From positions 64,001 to 128,000 of IMG/VR virus record IMGVR_UViG_3300027733_000030: a stretch of DNA of 64,000 bases; one strand, given 5' to 3'. The notes under the pieces were generated by a model. That model worked only from the letters and a program-made list of their open reading frames with translations. It was not told where the DNA came from and did not search any database. The DNA is from a virus. Position numbers and translations under genes: made by a program. Positions 10,525-23,100 of this stretch are shown in pieces. Positions within the stretch are counted from its first letter, which is position 1, and every line of letters starts with the position of its first letter.

Positions 10525-10905
10525 TTATGCTCCTAAAGTCTGACTAACAGATAAAACTACTGGTTGGTCAATATCCGAAATGATATGAACATCAAAACGA
10601 AGAGTATCTCTACCAGTAGGTACAGCATCTATTTTAATATTCCTACCCTTAAAAATGCCTTCTCTTTGCAATCCTGTTTGAATCAGCCTTTTGCCAAATT
10701 CACCGGTTTCTGGAGACTGGGGCATACCATATAGTAAGGATAAATCAATGCCTAGCATTGGATATACGTAAAAATCTCCTGGTTCAGTCATTAATCTGAT
10801 ATAAGCTTGCTGAACGTCGCTTTGCATGGAGGAGTTTGTAAGCACTATATCTTTATTGCCACCAATTAAAATATCCCCATTTAATGTAAAATATAAATCA
10901 CTCAT
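10525..10905 (-). CDS. Baseplate wedge / sheath-initiator protein (gp25-like)
   Basis: 126 aa; IRLMTEPGDFYVYPMLGIDL matches the gp25/XkdS-like pattern; directly upstream of baseplate J. Confidence 0.8.
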   Translation of the reverse strand: MSDLYFTLNGDILIGGNKDIVLTNSSMQSDVQQAYIRLMTEPGDFYVYPMLGIDLSLLYGMPQSPETGEFGKRLIQTGLQREGIFKGRNIKIDAVPTGRDTLRFDVHIISDIDQPVVLSVSQTLGA

Positions 10906-11554
10906 TCATTTCCCTTAATGCTTTTAGGTGAGATTGATCAAAAGTAAGACCTTCTCTAATGTATTTTATCATTAGATCAATATGTTCTTTTGAATAATTC
11001 GAAGAATATGCTTCTAATAAGCCAATTTGTTCAAAAGTTAAATCAGATAAATTATCTTCTGAGGTATACGTCTGTTGAGGTATTATTTGCTGTTGGTTAA
11101 AACCATAGTCACCAGATATAGTAACGGTCTTTTGCTTTTCCTGATCTTCTAAATCGTTCATGCGGTCTAAATAATATGAAATTCCATTTTGTGCAGAATG
11201 AATGTTCTTATAATTTAATTTTACAAGTGTAGGCTCTGAATAATCAGATGATGAATAATTAAAATTATAGTTGTTCCACCTAAGCCCATCTTCCTTGCAA
11301 TGTAACCTAATTTCATCCCCAAATAATGAAATGCTTTTAGATCTACCGCTTATAACTATTCCAACTCCGGGAGAAGCAAAAATTTCTATATCACCTTGAT
11401 CATTTAATCTAATGAAACTAGCTAGATCGGGATGAGTTAATCCAACTTCTCTATCGGAAAACTCTCTTCTTTTTTGCATTTCTGCTTCAACTGGAAAATT
11501 GGCTTCTTGCCTTTTACCTTTTTTTAAAGCTTCATTATTTAAAATATCCATCAA
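10898..11554 (-). CDS. Baseplate spike-associated protein (putative)
   Basis: 218 aa; short beta-strand repeats (SFIRLNDQGDIEIFASPGVGIVISGRSKSISLFG) as in spike beta-helices; lies between OB-fold spike gene and gp25-like gene. Confidence 0.45.
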   Translation of the reverse strand: MMDILNNEALKKGKRQEANFPVEAEMQKRREFSDREVGLTHPDLASFIRLNDQGDIEIFASPGVGIVISGRSKSISLFGDEIRLHCKEDGLRWNNYNFNYSSSDYSEPTLVKLNYKNIHSAQNGISYYLDRMNDLEDQEKQKTVTISGDYGFNQQQIIPQQTYTSEDNLSDLTFEQIGLLEAYSSNYSKEHIDLMIKYIREGLTFDQSHLKALREMNE

Positions 11555-11919
11555 TGCACCATGAATCTGGGTATACCAGTATTGACTATAGAGTTTCTTA
11601 TATAAAATTTATTGCTAGTAACATCATCAAAATAATTAAGTACATATGGACTAGATTCATTGGTATCTCTAAAGCCCACTAAACAACGTGTTCCTACTGT
11701 TGGAGAAACGGATTGAACGCCTTTAACCATAGGGCACGGCACTGCTTTCAAAACATTACCCATACTATCGGAGTATTGTTCATCTAATATAATATCAGCT
11801 GTACTGTTGACCCTATCATAATTTACAATGATTCCAGGTCTTGTCCTGGATTTTTGCATAGCCGAATTGTCTATTTGATTTTGTATTTTTTTATCAAATT
11901 TTGGATAGTTAACTGGCAT
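11551..11919 (-). CDS. Baseplate spike N-terminal OB-fold protein (gpV/gp5-like)
   Basis: RPGIIVNYDRVNSTADI...VPCP...SPTVGTRCLVGF matches the P..G..V.V.F pattern of spike OB domains; synteny. Confidence 0.65.
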   Translation of the reverse strand: MPVNYPKFDKKIQNQIDNSAMQKSRTRPGIIVNYDRVNSTADIILDEQYSDSMGNVLKAVPCPMVKGVQSVSPTVGTRCLVGFRDTNESSPYVLNYFDDVTSNKFYIRNSIVNTGIPRFMVH

Positions 11920-11940
11920 TGTTTCTCCTATTTTTAATCT

Positions 11941-14100
11941 TTAAAATATTGTTCCAGACATCCACTCTTGTATATGTGGAGCAGATTTAGATGTGGCACC
12001 GTTGTTCGGATTAGCAAAGTATTTTGTTACCCAAGCTTTTAAGTTATCTTCTGTTTTATTAGTATTTCTAGTATAGACCGCTACGGCATCAGACCATTTA
12101 ACTCCTGTAATTGGACCATATGCTGGTCCGCCATCATAGTCTCCCCAAGCAGTTAGCACGTGCTGCATCTCGGGATTAGAACCAAGTTTTTGATCAGCTG
12201 GAAGTGGATACACTGGATCTCTTCCTGTCATTGTTTTGAATGCCATAAAAGCTTGATTAATTGGTATCCACAATCTATCATCAGTTGAATTTCTCGTATT
12301 AGTTTTATATTCTGCAGTAGCCTCATTGGCCTCAGATACACTTATATCTCTAGCAAAACCTTTCCATTGACTAAATGAACTAAGGTTAAAGTATTGCCAT
12401 CCTGATGCAGCCAGTTTCCAACCTTCGATGGGAGTTACAGTTGGCAGGGGGCTGAGGAAAGAATAGTGCCCATATGATAGCAGGTTAAGCTGAAGGAAGC
12501 CAAATGAATAGTCTCCAGATCTACGAATGGTAGGAGTCCAAGAACCAACATTACCTTCTCTTTGTGAAATTGCAGTAAGTACTGCTGCCAATTCTGGATA
12601 AGCTATAGTTCCTGTAAGAAGTTGGAAAATTTCATCAGCGGTTAATTCTCCAGTCCCAGCTGCTTTATAACTTTTTGTAAATTTAGAATCAAGAATATTT
12701 CCTGGAATTGTAACTCCTGCTGGAACATAAAATAATCCTGAAGCTGGATTTCCCGAAGTTGTGGCGGGTGGCGCTATAGGGCCAGTAGTAAAAGCTCCTC
12801 CTGGTCCAGTATAGATTCCAGCTCTTGCTGCACTAAAACTTATATGGATATGATTTCTGTGCTTTGCATCGGGATGGAATTTTATATATTTTAAATTTGG
12901 ATACTTTAATTTTACTGCTGCATCGTCTGCATCGTGGCCTACTCTTACGCCATACTCAGCTGCCAACTCGGGCATGTGCACTATAATATCGGGCATGATA
13001 TGGATAGGTAGTGTGCTTAGTGCCGTCATTAGCACATCCATTGCTTTTCTATATATCTCTACATTTCCAGCATTATCCCATGGGGAGTATTTTTCTCCAT
13101 TTAAGTCACCAGTGAAGTAAATATCGTAAGCCCTACCAAATCCATGATCTGATAAAGATCCATCTTCTTTTGTTCCGGCCTGCATTTCTTCCCGCCATCT
13201 ACCGGTTCCAAAACCACCACCAATTTGTATCTTTGCAGCTAGCGCAATTAGACACTCAATTAGAGCTGGAGATACGTAGGCAAGTTGATTAGGGGCTTTA
13301 ACTATATCAATGGGAACATCTTTTATATTTGTTGCTGGATCTATGTTAGGGAATTCAGATATTCCATCGCCTGCGTAAGATTGTGTAAAGCTATCATTAA
13401 TGTCAAAATAAAATCCACCAGTTAAATTGCTCCAGTCATCGACTACTCCTAAATCTTTTAATACTTTTCCTCTTTCAAGAATCCATACCTTTTCCTCAGC
13501 GGAGACCCTGCTAGTTATAGCAACCATTCTTGCTCCTGCTGTAGGATTACTAGAGTCTGGATTATAGGGCGTGTCACCGTGATCTGCTGGTGAATCTGAA
13601 TTTGCTGGAGAATTAGCAAAAGAATAGTCTTCCATAATAGAATCTGCCGCACCTTGAACAAAACCAGAACCACCTTGTTTTGCAGCTATGCTGTCAGCTA
13701 GAATTCTCGTAAAGGCTGCTCCGCCTGATATTGTAGTAGGCTTTGATGCATCGCCATCAGTGTATGCTGTACTTTCAGGGTTAACAATTGTCACTTTCGC
13801 GGTTGAATTAAATGTTGATTCTGAACCCGCGGTAATTAAAGAATTTAAAGAACTTCCAATAGACTTATTATAAAATGTAGTAGCAAATTTTGGCGATCTA
13901 TATAATATATCTCCAGATATAGCTTCGGATATAGTCCTGCTAGTAAGAGTTTTTCCAGTTACACCGCTTTTGCCAAAAGAAGTATTTTCAACAACAATTT
14001 TTCCATTTGGATATTTTGTACTTTTTGGATAATAGCTATCAAAAATAGCATTTGTTATTGACTGAGAATTTGATATTTGTTCACTATTTATGTCTACCAT
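11941..14100 (-). CDS. Virion-associated peptidoglycan hydrolase: M15/LAS-type Zn peptidase plus lysozyme-like (SLT) domain
   Basis: SDHGFGRAYDI and HRNHIHISF form the H-x6-D / H-x-H LAS zinc motif. AISQREG...GDYSFGFLQLNL is a transglycosylase catalytic Glu plus G-x-x-Q motif. Confidence 0.8.
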   Translation of the reverse strand: MVDINSEQISNSQSITNAIFDSYYPKSTKYPNGKIVVENTSFGKSGVTGKTLTSRTISEAISGDILYRSPKFATTFYNKSIGSSLNSLITAGSESTFNSTAKVTIVNPESTAYTDGDASKPTTISGGAAFTRILADSIAAKQGGSGFVQGAADSIMEDYSFANSPANSDSPADHGDTPYNPDSSNPTAGARMVAITSRVSAEEKVWILERGKVLKDLGVVDDWSNLTGGFYFDINDSFTQSYAGDGISEFPNIDPATNIKDVPIDIVKAPNQLAYVSPALIECLIALAAKIQIGGGFGTGRWREEMQAGTKEDGSLSDHGFGRAYDIYFTGDLNGEKYSPWDNAGNVEIYRKAMDVLMTALSTLPIHIMPDIIVHMPELAAEYGVRVGHDADDAAVKLKYPNLKYIKFHPDAKHRNHIHISFSAARAGIYTGPGGAFTTGPIAPPATTSGNPASGLFYVPAGVTIPGNILDSKFTKSYKAAGTGELTADEIFQLLTGTIAYPELAAVLTAISQREGNVGSWTPTIRRSGDYSFGFLQLNLLSYGHYSFLSPLPTVTPIEGWKLAASGWQYFNLSSFSQWKGFARDISVSEANEATAEYKTNTRNSTDDRLWIPINQAFMAFKTMTGRDPVYPLPADQKLGSNPEMQHVLTAWGDYDGGPAYGPITGVKWSDAVAVYTRNTNKTEDNLKAWVTKYFANPNNGATSKSAPHIQEWMSGTIF

Positions 14101-14101
14101 A

Positions 14102-17100
14102 TTATCCTGGTGTTCCTACTTCTATAGGCATTGCTGCCGATTCACCCGCTGTGATTGTTGATTGAGATTCTTTCTGAAGATCTTTAACATAAACTCTAGC
14201 TAAATTATTAACTACTAATTCCCAGTTTAATGTATATGGGTGACCATTTTCAAAATACTCATCCCAACTGACTTGAGGCCATTCTGAAACTAGATTATAA
14301 ATTTCCTCTAAAATCTTCATGTAAACTAATATATTATATTTATTTATATTTTCTTGAGAAAGACCATATAAGGGATCTTGATCATCAAGATTATCAAAAT
14401 AATTTTCTTTTATAGTAGATTCTATATTGTTATATATTTCATTAAATTTTATTCTAAATGGCGATTGATCATACATATCATCTTGAACCTTAGATAGAAC
14501 TGTGTCTAAAGATCCTATGTTATCTCTGAATAAATTGTTAATATTTACTTTATGCTTACCTATATTTTCTTCAGGAAGATAATAAAATATTGTTCCAATT
14601 GTTCTTGAGAATTGATCCTTTACATAATTAGCGTCAATATTTTGAGATGCGCCTGCCTCGTAATCCTGTTCTAAGACTGCTGTTGTTCCAGTTCTGGTTG
14701 GATTAACTCTTAATACAAATATTTTATCCGTCAAAGCTTTAATCGTAAATAATTTAGCTTTACCACCAGGAGTGGAAACATCTAATAGACTTAAATTATC
14801 ATTTGCATTTATTGGATTAGTTGGAGTATCTGGATACCCAACTTTACCTTCCATGGTATTAATTTCGGAAGTGTTCATTCCATCAAAACGAACCTTAAAA
14901 GTAGCTCCGGATAATACATCTTCAACTTCAATTGTGTCACCGTCAACAAAGTGAATTACTTTACAAAGTATTTTGAATTGTGGTTCAAGTCCGGCTTTTT
15001 CTGGACCAAGTCCAGCTAATTTCAAAATTTTACCATGAACTAGTGCATTCTCATAACTAGTATATCTGACTAAATCTGTGATTTGACTTTCATTCCATCC
15101 AAGACTCTTGAATAAATCATCACTTCTGATGTATGCATTTCCTTCAGGTGTTCTGACTTTAGCTCTAACTCCAAGAATGCCTGGAAGTAGTGCTTTAGAA
15201 TGATATTTTCCTACAACCATTCCTTGATTATATGAAAGACCGGCATCCATTGGTTGACCATTTCTATTCAAATACTGCACATAGCATCCGTGTTGATCTA
15301 GTACCTTATCTCTAACCCAGCTCCAACCCTTCCATGCTAATTGGCCAACTAGTGGTCCTCCTATTGCTGCCCCAACAAGACCTGCAGGAGTAACTGCGCC
15401 CAATAGTGCACCGGCTGCCAATCCTCCCGCTAAGATTGCAAAACCCGGAGCTGCGCCCTGTCCTGTTGCTTGTCCCTGTTTTATTAGTTGATCTTTAACA
15501 TCTGGCATGCTTTGTGCAGTTTGATTAGCCATAACATCTTTAACTAACGCACTTGAGCCATGTGTAAATTGGAATCCACCTAATATTTGAGGAGAGAGCG
15601 CTTGGCCGAGAGCATCCATTGATATATTGCCGCCAACAGATATTCCAGAATTACCAGACTTAATTCTATCTAAATAGATTCTAGTATCGTTTCTAATCGT
15701 TTGAACATTCATCCAAGAATGGATCCAAGATGTCATGAACCATCTTGCGGGATCATTTACGGTAACTAAGGCATTTGGTGTTATGGAAGTAATGTAACCC
15801 AACTCTGCAGTAAAGTGATGTATTACCTGTTCTACTTCAAATATGCCATACATTCTTTCATAAACGTCGGCCAAATATATTAGATCGTGCGGTCTAATAT
15901 CTGAGTTTCCAATGACTATTAATTCTCCACCATATATGTCTTTGATAGATTCCTTAAGATGAGAGAGTGCAACTCTTCTTGCTGATAATTCATCTGGAAC
16001 TCCTTGGACGTTTTTTGCTACTCCTCTAAAAGTTTCCAATGGGTGCATTAGGGGGTGGAGGAATCCTGTAAATCCAGAACCAACCATATTGTCAAAGTAT
16101 ATTCCAGTTTCAACAGTTTTTTCTACTTGTCTTTCAGCGGGAGCGCCCTTATCTAGGGCAACCGTTACTGGGTATTTTCCGTCGGAAACTGCAGTTATTA
16201 CTGTAGCTACATTATTTATATTTTCTTGAATTTGATTAGATAGAATATGTGAGAAAGAACTTATGTAATGCAATCTTTGGAATGGTTCACGCACTTCCAT
16301 GACCGGTTCACCATATTCTCTAGTGAAAGGATTGTCTACAGCCCTAAGAAGTGTTCCTGGTCTGCCTAGCGAATAGTAAATAGAATCATTAAGTGCCTTA
16401 TTTAAAATGTTAGCTTGTTTTTTAAAATTACCTGCTTCAGAAAGCGCATATCCCATTTGTTGCATGGACAATTTAAACATTGACAAAAGACCAGTAAGTC
16501 CGTCAGATATAGCAGTAAAGATGGGTCCAATATTCGTATTCCAGAAATCATTGATTCCATCAACAACCTCACCAACAATATTAGTAGCACTATTGCCTTC
16601 ACCTCTAGTTGAAACTAATAGTTGTCTAAATTTATCTTGCTTACCTGGCTTAGCATAATCATTATATGGGTCGATAAATGCTCTAAATATTTTATCTACT
16701 GGTTTAAAACTCCATTGATCTTTTCCAGTTTTCTTTCTATCTGGCTTTAGAACTAACCAAGCTCTGGCATATGGATCTTCCCACATTCTCTGACGGAAAA
16801 TTCCAACCATTAAAAGGAATAATTGTTTTGGTGTTTTAATTTTTTTAACTAGTTCAGCTGTAAGAGTTGGACTTTCTGAATCGGAAGATAGACTGAACAT
16901 CAATGTATTGCTAAGTTTTGTGTTTTTTTCACTTAGGAAATTGTCATGGATTGCCCCTAGAGATTTAACGACAACCGCATTAAAGTAATCTATTAATCCA
17001 CCTTGATCAATACTTGCATCAATATAATTCTGCCTGGCAAATTCAATCGCTGCCTTATAGCTTTCATCACTAAAGGTGTCGGCGCTTGATGAATTAGTTT

Positions 17101-20100
17101 CATCGTTTACTGTATTAAGATTGGATGTAAAATCTGAACCTAAAAGTACTGCAAATTCATCTACTGCGCCTACTGTGCCACCTATAGAATTATTGAAGTG
17201 AGCTATGGGTGTATAGCCTGCATAATTAGATCCAGTAAGTATATTCTTATAAAAATCTGGAAATTCATTTTCGTTATCTGGATCTAAACTAAATGTGTCA
17301 AAAAATATTTTTTTAACACTCTCATACGTATGATAACCAAACCTAAATTGATCCCAAATATCTTCTGCCATTCTTAATGTTCTTCCATCGCCAGCAATGA
17401 CTGATACTGACGCATCAAAATTTTCGTCATAGTATGATCTAGCTTCAACACTAATTAAATCTAAAGGAGAATATACTTCAGCAAATGAAACTCTTCCAGA
17501 GCCTGTAGAGTTATCTGGCCCTGTTGTAGTTAATTCATCATCTAGTATTTGATAAAGATTATCTCTTCCCAGGGAACTGTAATCTGCATCTATTACAGCT
17601 TGAAAATATGTTTTTTGATCTCCCTCATTTATGACATTAAGCGGATTGCCGCCATATTGCAAGCCTTCAACGTTAGAAACTAATGAAGTGTCAATAGGAC
17701 TAAACCGAGTTAGCGAATTATTAAACGCATTAGAAATAGCACTTGTCCCAAAACCAAAATCTACGACAGGCGCGCTGGGGTCGATGAATGCTGACCCTGT
17801 TGCATAATTTGTAGAGCCTTCTTTTGGTTTGAACGATCCAAACCCAATGACTTGCCCCATTTCAGAGTCAATAATTTCACCAGTTTGATTTTTTAAGGAA
17901 AAGTTAACTGCTGGAGCAATAGATGAAGACACTACGCCAACTGGAGTTTCATCTGGCACAAAAGCCATATAGCATTCTTGCATAATTGGATAGGGTCTGA
18001 ATCCAGAATTTCTCCAGTTATTCATGTTTTTTATTCCATCATCTGTACCAGTAGCAGCAGAGACATCCATGTTTTCTTCATTAGAATTTCGTGTGATTAT
18101 ACTCAAGTAATAAGCTGCGTCCGGTGACACTACTGCGCTAGACAATTGGGACTGTTCATCATTGGTACTAATTGTTTTTTCATTACCCCATAAGAAATAT
18201 GCTGGACGACAAACTACTGCCCTTTTATTGTTTGGATTATAAACTAAAACTTTTCTAGACTTATAGTCTTTTACTGTTCCGTATAAATCTTCAAAGCCAT
18301 AATTAGATTTAAATTGACTAATAGTGTCTTCATCTGCTCCAATTTTACTTGTTTCACTTTGTGAGACTGGATGATATGGCCATTTCATAGCTATATAAAA
18401 TTGTTCATCTTCAGCTGTTGCCGGGGAGCCCCATTCTTGGTAGGTTAATTCTCCGTAGTTACCCTTTTGATATTCAAAAGAAAAATTATCATCAACATTA
18501 TTTGCAGCTATATTTCCTTCAGCGTTCCTTGACCCTAGCCCACTCATTCTAGGTAAGGGCATTTTAATTACTTTATAGTCTGGCATAAGGTTTAGCGCAT
18601 CAAAATTAAGCTGTGCTAGATTTAATGGACTATCAAGATTGATAGTATCGTCAGATGGAATAAGTGTTAATTTTGATTGTTCAAAGAAAATATACTCTAA
18701 ACTTTGAAGTTTTAATAAATTATTATAATAATCCTTATTACCTTCAGTGATGTGATCACCATCGCTATCATTCATAAACTGCTTAATATCTACAGCAATA
18801 TCTATAAAAGATGAATTAATAAGTTGATCTGAAGGAAGATCTTCATTAGCGGTAAAATATGGAAAACTGAATCTTGGGGGTAAATTCCCCAGTTGTTGAT
18901 GTTTACTCTCTTGATTAGGTCGACTGTCTTGCGTCCCACCGTTGGGGACTCCATATGGCAAGTGGAGGCCGACATTAACATAACCTTTAGAAACTGGTAA
19001 TTTAGCTAATATTTTAGTAGGAGCCGCTGGATCATAATACGTTGAAGATGGTTGCGCATAAAAGTTAATTACTTTTCCTACTACACTGGATGTCGGTGCG
19101 TATATACCACTTGAGGTTAACATGGATTGTGACATATCTTGAAATGTTTGACTTGGTTCAGAAGCTTGAAAGAATGCCGCGTAGTCAGCTAAAGGATTAG
19201 TATCTTTATTGATTTTATCTAAGATAGAAATTAAATCTTGATCAGGATTTTTCATTTGTGGTGCAATAATACCTAATTCTTCTGCTTTTTCTTGCCCAGG
19301 AAAACCAGTAGTAATTGGCACTACGCCAGATGTATATAGCCAATGTGGCTTACCGTAAAAAACTGTTGATCTATCCTCAAATGGTCTAACTGCAACGATA
19401 TAGTTTGGCAATAGTCTTGCGCACATTTCAAATAAATCCCAAACAGTTCTCATATAAGTTTGAGCTCTAAATGAAACCTCATCAAAACCGGGTAGGTCAT
19501 CATCTGAATTAGGCGATATAATTCCTAACGTTCTAAATAAATTTGTGCCACCTCTACCACGTATAACGCCAAGCAGTCCTGCACCTGCTACCGCCCCAAC
19601 ACCCATGCCGCCTAAAGCAGCGGCTCCAGCGGTTATTCCTCCGGCAAATAGGCCCTTAACTAATCCAGCTCTTCCATCTGAATTGACAAGTTGATTATCT
19701 TGCGTTAAGAAATCTAATGTATTATTACCACCGGTGTCCGATAACCCATAGTTCTCCATTTGACTAGATTCAATTAATTTATTCCAACTACTATCAGTTA
19801 ATCTACCCAGGTAACCATCCGTCCTGTCGTTATAGCTATCTTCTTTGACCAGAGAAGATGCTGTGGACCAACCGTCATCCAAGTCCCCCCCAAGGAATTG
19901 AGCTATACCTGTCCCGTTGCCTGGATAAATATTTCTTTTGAATATTTCAAGATCAACTTGGGCACAGAAATTGGAGAATAATTGACCAACCGCAGAGAGA
20001 GAATTTCCTCTATAATTTAGACTGAAACCTTCAGTTATGCCAACTGCTTTATTCATGAAACTATTATTGCTACCCGCAATACTAAATGCTCCAGTAATAC

Positions 20101-23100
20101 TATCTCTAATAGCATCATTCTTAGCTTGCTCACCAGTAGTTAATGGCTCATAAAGAATATTTCCAAAATGTCTAATACCAAATCTATTTTCTGAAAATAC
20201 TGTACCCCTTGTTGCGTGTGCTAAAGCTTCTCGAGTTCTGGATGCACCCATAGATAGAAGTCTAACCATTAAGTCTCTGGGTTCAGACATGTACATTCCA
20301 GTATCTACGCCGCCATCAATTTTTCCACTATCGCCTTTTTTATTTGTTGAATTCATTACAGCACCTAATTCAATTGCATCAGATTGAGCTGTAATTGTAA
20401 CTATTTCACCTTGTTCAATATTTGTAATAACTCCATTAAATATTGTTTGCAGTGAATTTGGATTAGAGCCATATCCTGATCTTAGGTGAACTCTTACTCC
20501 CGGCTTTAGTCTTATATTAGCAATGTCGACAATATATTCGTTCCTCATATGGCCAAGAATATTTCTTGACATATTTAATGTTCTATCAATAATAGAGCTT
20601 ATTCCCTCAGTCAAGGATAATGAATCATTGGAGTTATCGTCTAGATTAGGATTAAATATTTTACTTGATTCATTTTTTGTCAGCTTGCTATAAAGATTTG
20701 AAACTCTAAATATTAATGTATCGCCCAATAGATCTTCTGAGCTTACTACTGAAAAATCTATGATTGATTGTAATCCGTAAAAATTATCAAATAATTTAAC
20801 ACCGGCAAACATTCCACCTTCATCTATTAACCATAACATATAGGTTGGGAATGCTCTAATCATTCTTCCTGATATATCTCTATATGATGAATCAACCATC
20901 ATAGTTTCCCAATGTGACTGCATGTCTCCATTGTATGAATTCTGGTATTCAGAAATAGCTTTTGCACCTGGGACTCCAGTGTTAACTGTTGTATTTCCAG
21001 TTTCAGGAGTTTGAACATCTTTTAAGTAATTAGTCTGAAGTTTTATAACACCTGAATTTGTTCCATCATTTTCATTGTTAACTTTTTTGATATTATCTCC
21101 TCCAGCAGTGAGATAGAATCTTCCATTGGATCTGACTTGGTATCCAAAATGCGTACCTGCTGCGGTTTGTAAAATAGATGGTATTTTACCTTCCATAACA
21201 TCTTTTGGATCGGATGCGGGTATTGCAAAAATTTGTTTATGAAAATCAACTTCATCAGGATCAAAGCTAACGTATTCTTCATTTGGTAGACTGAAAGCTC
21301 CAGTTATAGCAGCTTCTATGGATGTTGCATTAGATGCACTATTGGGGGATAAATCACCTTGTTGAAAAGGAGCTGCAATAACATCTTCGAAATAGGGATT
21401 TATTTCACTAGTTTCTTCTGCAAAAGTGATAAAGTCTGTTAGTAATTGCACATTTGCAGAATTACTGAACTCGGTATCTCCAGTAACTACGTTTCTAAAT
21501 ATATGTATAAATCTAGATAATCCAATTTGATTTGCAATTATATAATCTTTTATTTGATTAACAATTTCTTCAGTGGTTGTTTCATCTGCAGAATTATTAT
21601 ATAAAGTAATAAATTCTAAAATTTTTGCAGTGATACCAAGTACATCATAACCTTCTCCGCCAACTCCACCGGCTCCGTTTGAATGCGTATCAAAATTATA
21701 ATCTTGAATCTTCTGATGCTGGGTACTAAAACTATTAACAACGTCTTTATCAAACATTTCAAAACTTCTAAAATAAAAATCTGGATCTAGATGCCCTACA
21801 ACATCGCCACCAGAATTTTTCACACTCAAAGGAAAATCTGGATAAGAATTAAACGTTCCCCAGAATTGTTTAATTCTTAAAAATGGATTCTTTTTAGTAC
21901 TAAATTGATCTATTAGTTCTTTCTGTTGCGTGCTGCTAAGTTCTTCACGTTTTTGCTGAAATATATCAAAGTCTATTAAACTTAATTGAACATCATACGC
22001 GTGCGGGTAATTGGGTATTGTGCTAACACTGTAATTTAGTGGGAGGACATATTTAATACCGCACAAGGCAGTAATGATATTTTTAATACCCAAAAAACCA
22101 ATGACTCCAGTGGCGTGTTCTAATCTAGCTAATCCAGAAATATGATCAAATACATTTTTTAGTTTGATTAATTCTTTTTCGCCAATAACAGTCATTGATA
22201 TATTGATATTGCTATCTCTACCACCAATATGTTGATACGTTGGTTCATCTTGCATCTGAATTTGAAGTTTAGCAAGACTATTTCCCATGGAAACAGTTAC
22301 TCCATTAACTATAACGGATTGTGGATCTAAGTCGACTTGTATCATGGGCACTTCCCATTCTTTAAATTGGAACGCCCCAGCTCTTTCTCGGGCAGCCTCC
22401 ATTAAAGATTGAATTGGTCCACTCTTAAAGAACCTTTCATACAAGGTTGCACTAAATGCTTGTGCTAACTCTTTTCGAACCTTTGCATCAACAGCTGCTC
22501 TTGTATCATCTGTTATTTCATCTGCGGGGATTCCAATTTTATCTAATTTCTCTTTAGTCATTCCTTCTCTTAAATAGTCTAAATAAGATGAAGGATTTTC
22601 TGAAATTCTTTCCAAAGAAGTTCTTACAGCATTTAGTGATGTTTTTTCTAAGTATTTACCCTGAAAAATATAAGTAGCTTCTTCTGGATACAATAAAGAA
22701 TATGAATTATAACCATTCTTCAACCACTCTTGTTGTGCTGAAGTAACATTCTTGTTTTCTGCAATGAATGAGGCCACAAAATAGGCATAGGCTTGCTCTG
22801 CCATATTGTCAGAATTAATACCTGCCGTCAATATATTTACTGAGTCTTTGACAATATCTTTTGTTGCTTTGGAGAATGAACTTGAAAGTGATATGTCTTG
22901 GACTTCTTGTAGAGATACTCCATATGAAGTGCTTTGATTGATATCTATGCCTATACTAGACAATAAAGATTCCCATGTACCTTGGCCTAAATCTGTGTAC
23001 ATCTTTTCTTGTTTAGTTCTAAATGAAGATGTATCTGGTAAAAATATTTTTGTTTGGGTTTCCGCTGGGGCAAATAGGGATATATTATTTCCATTACGCC

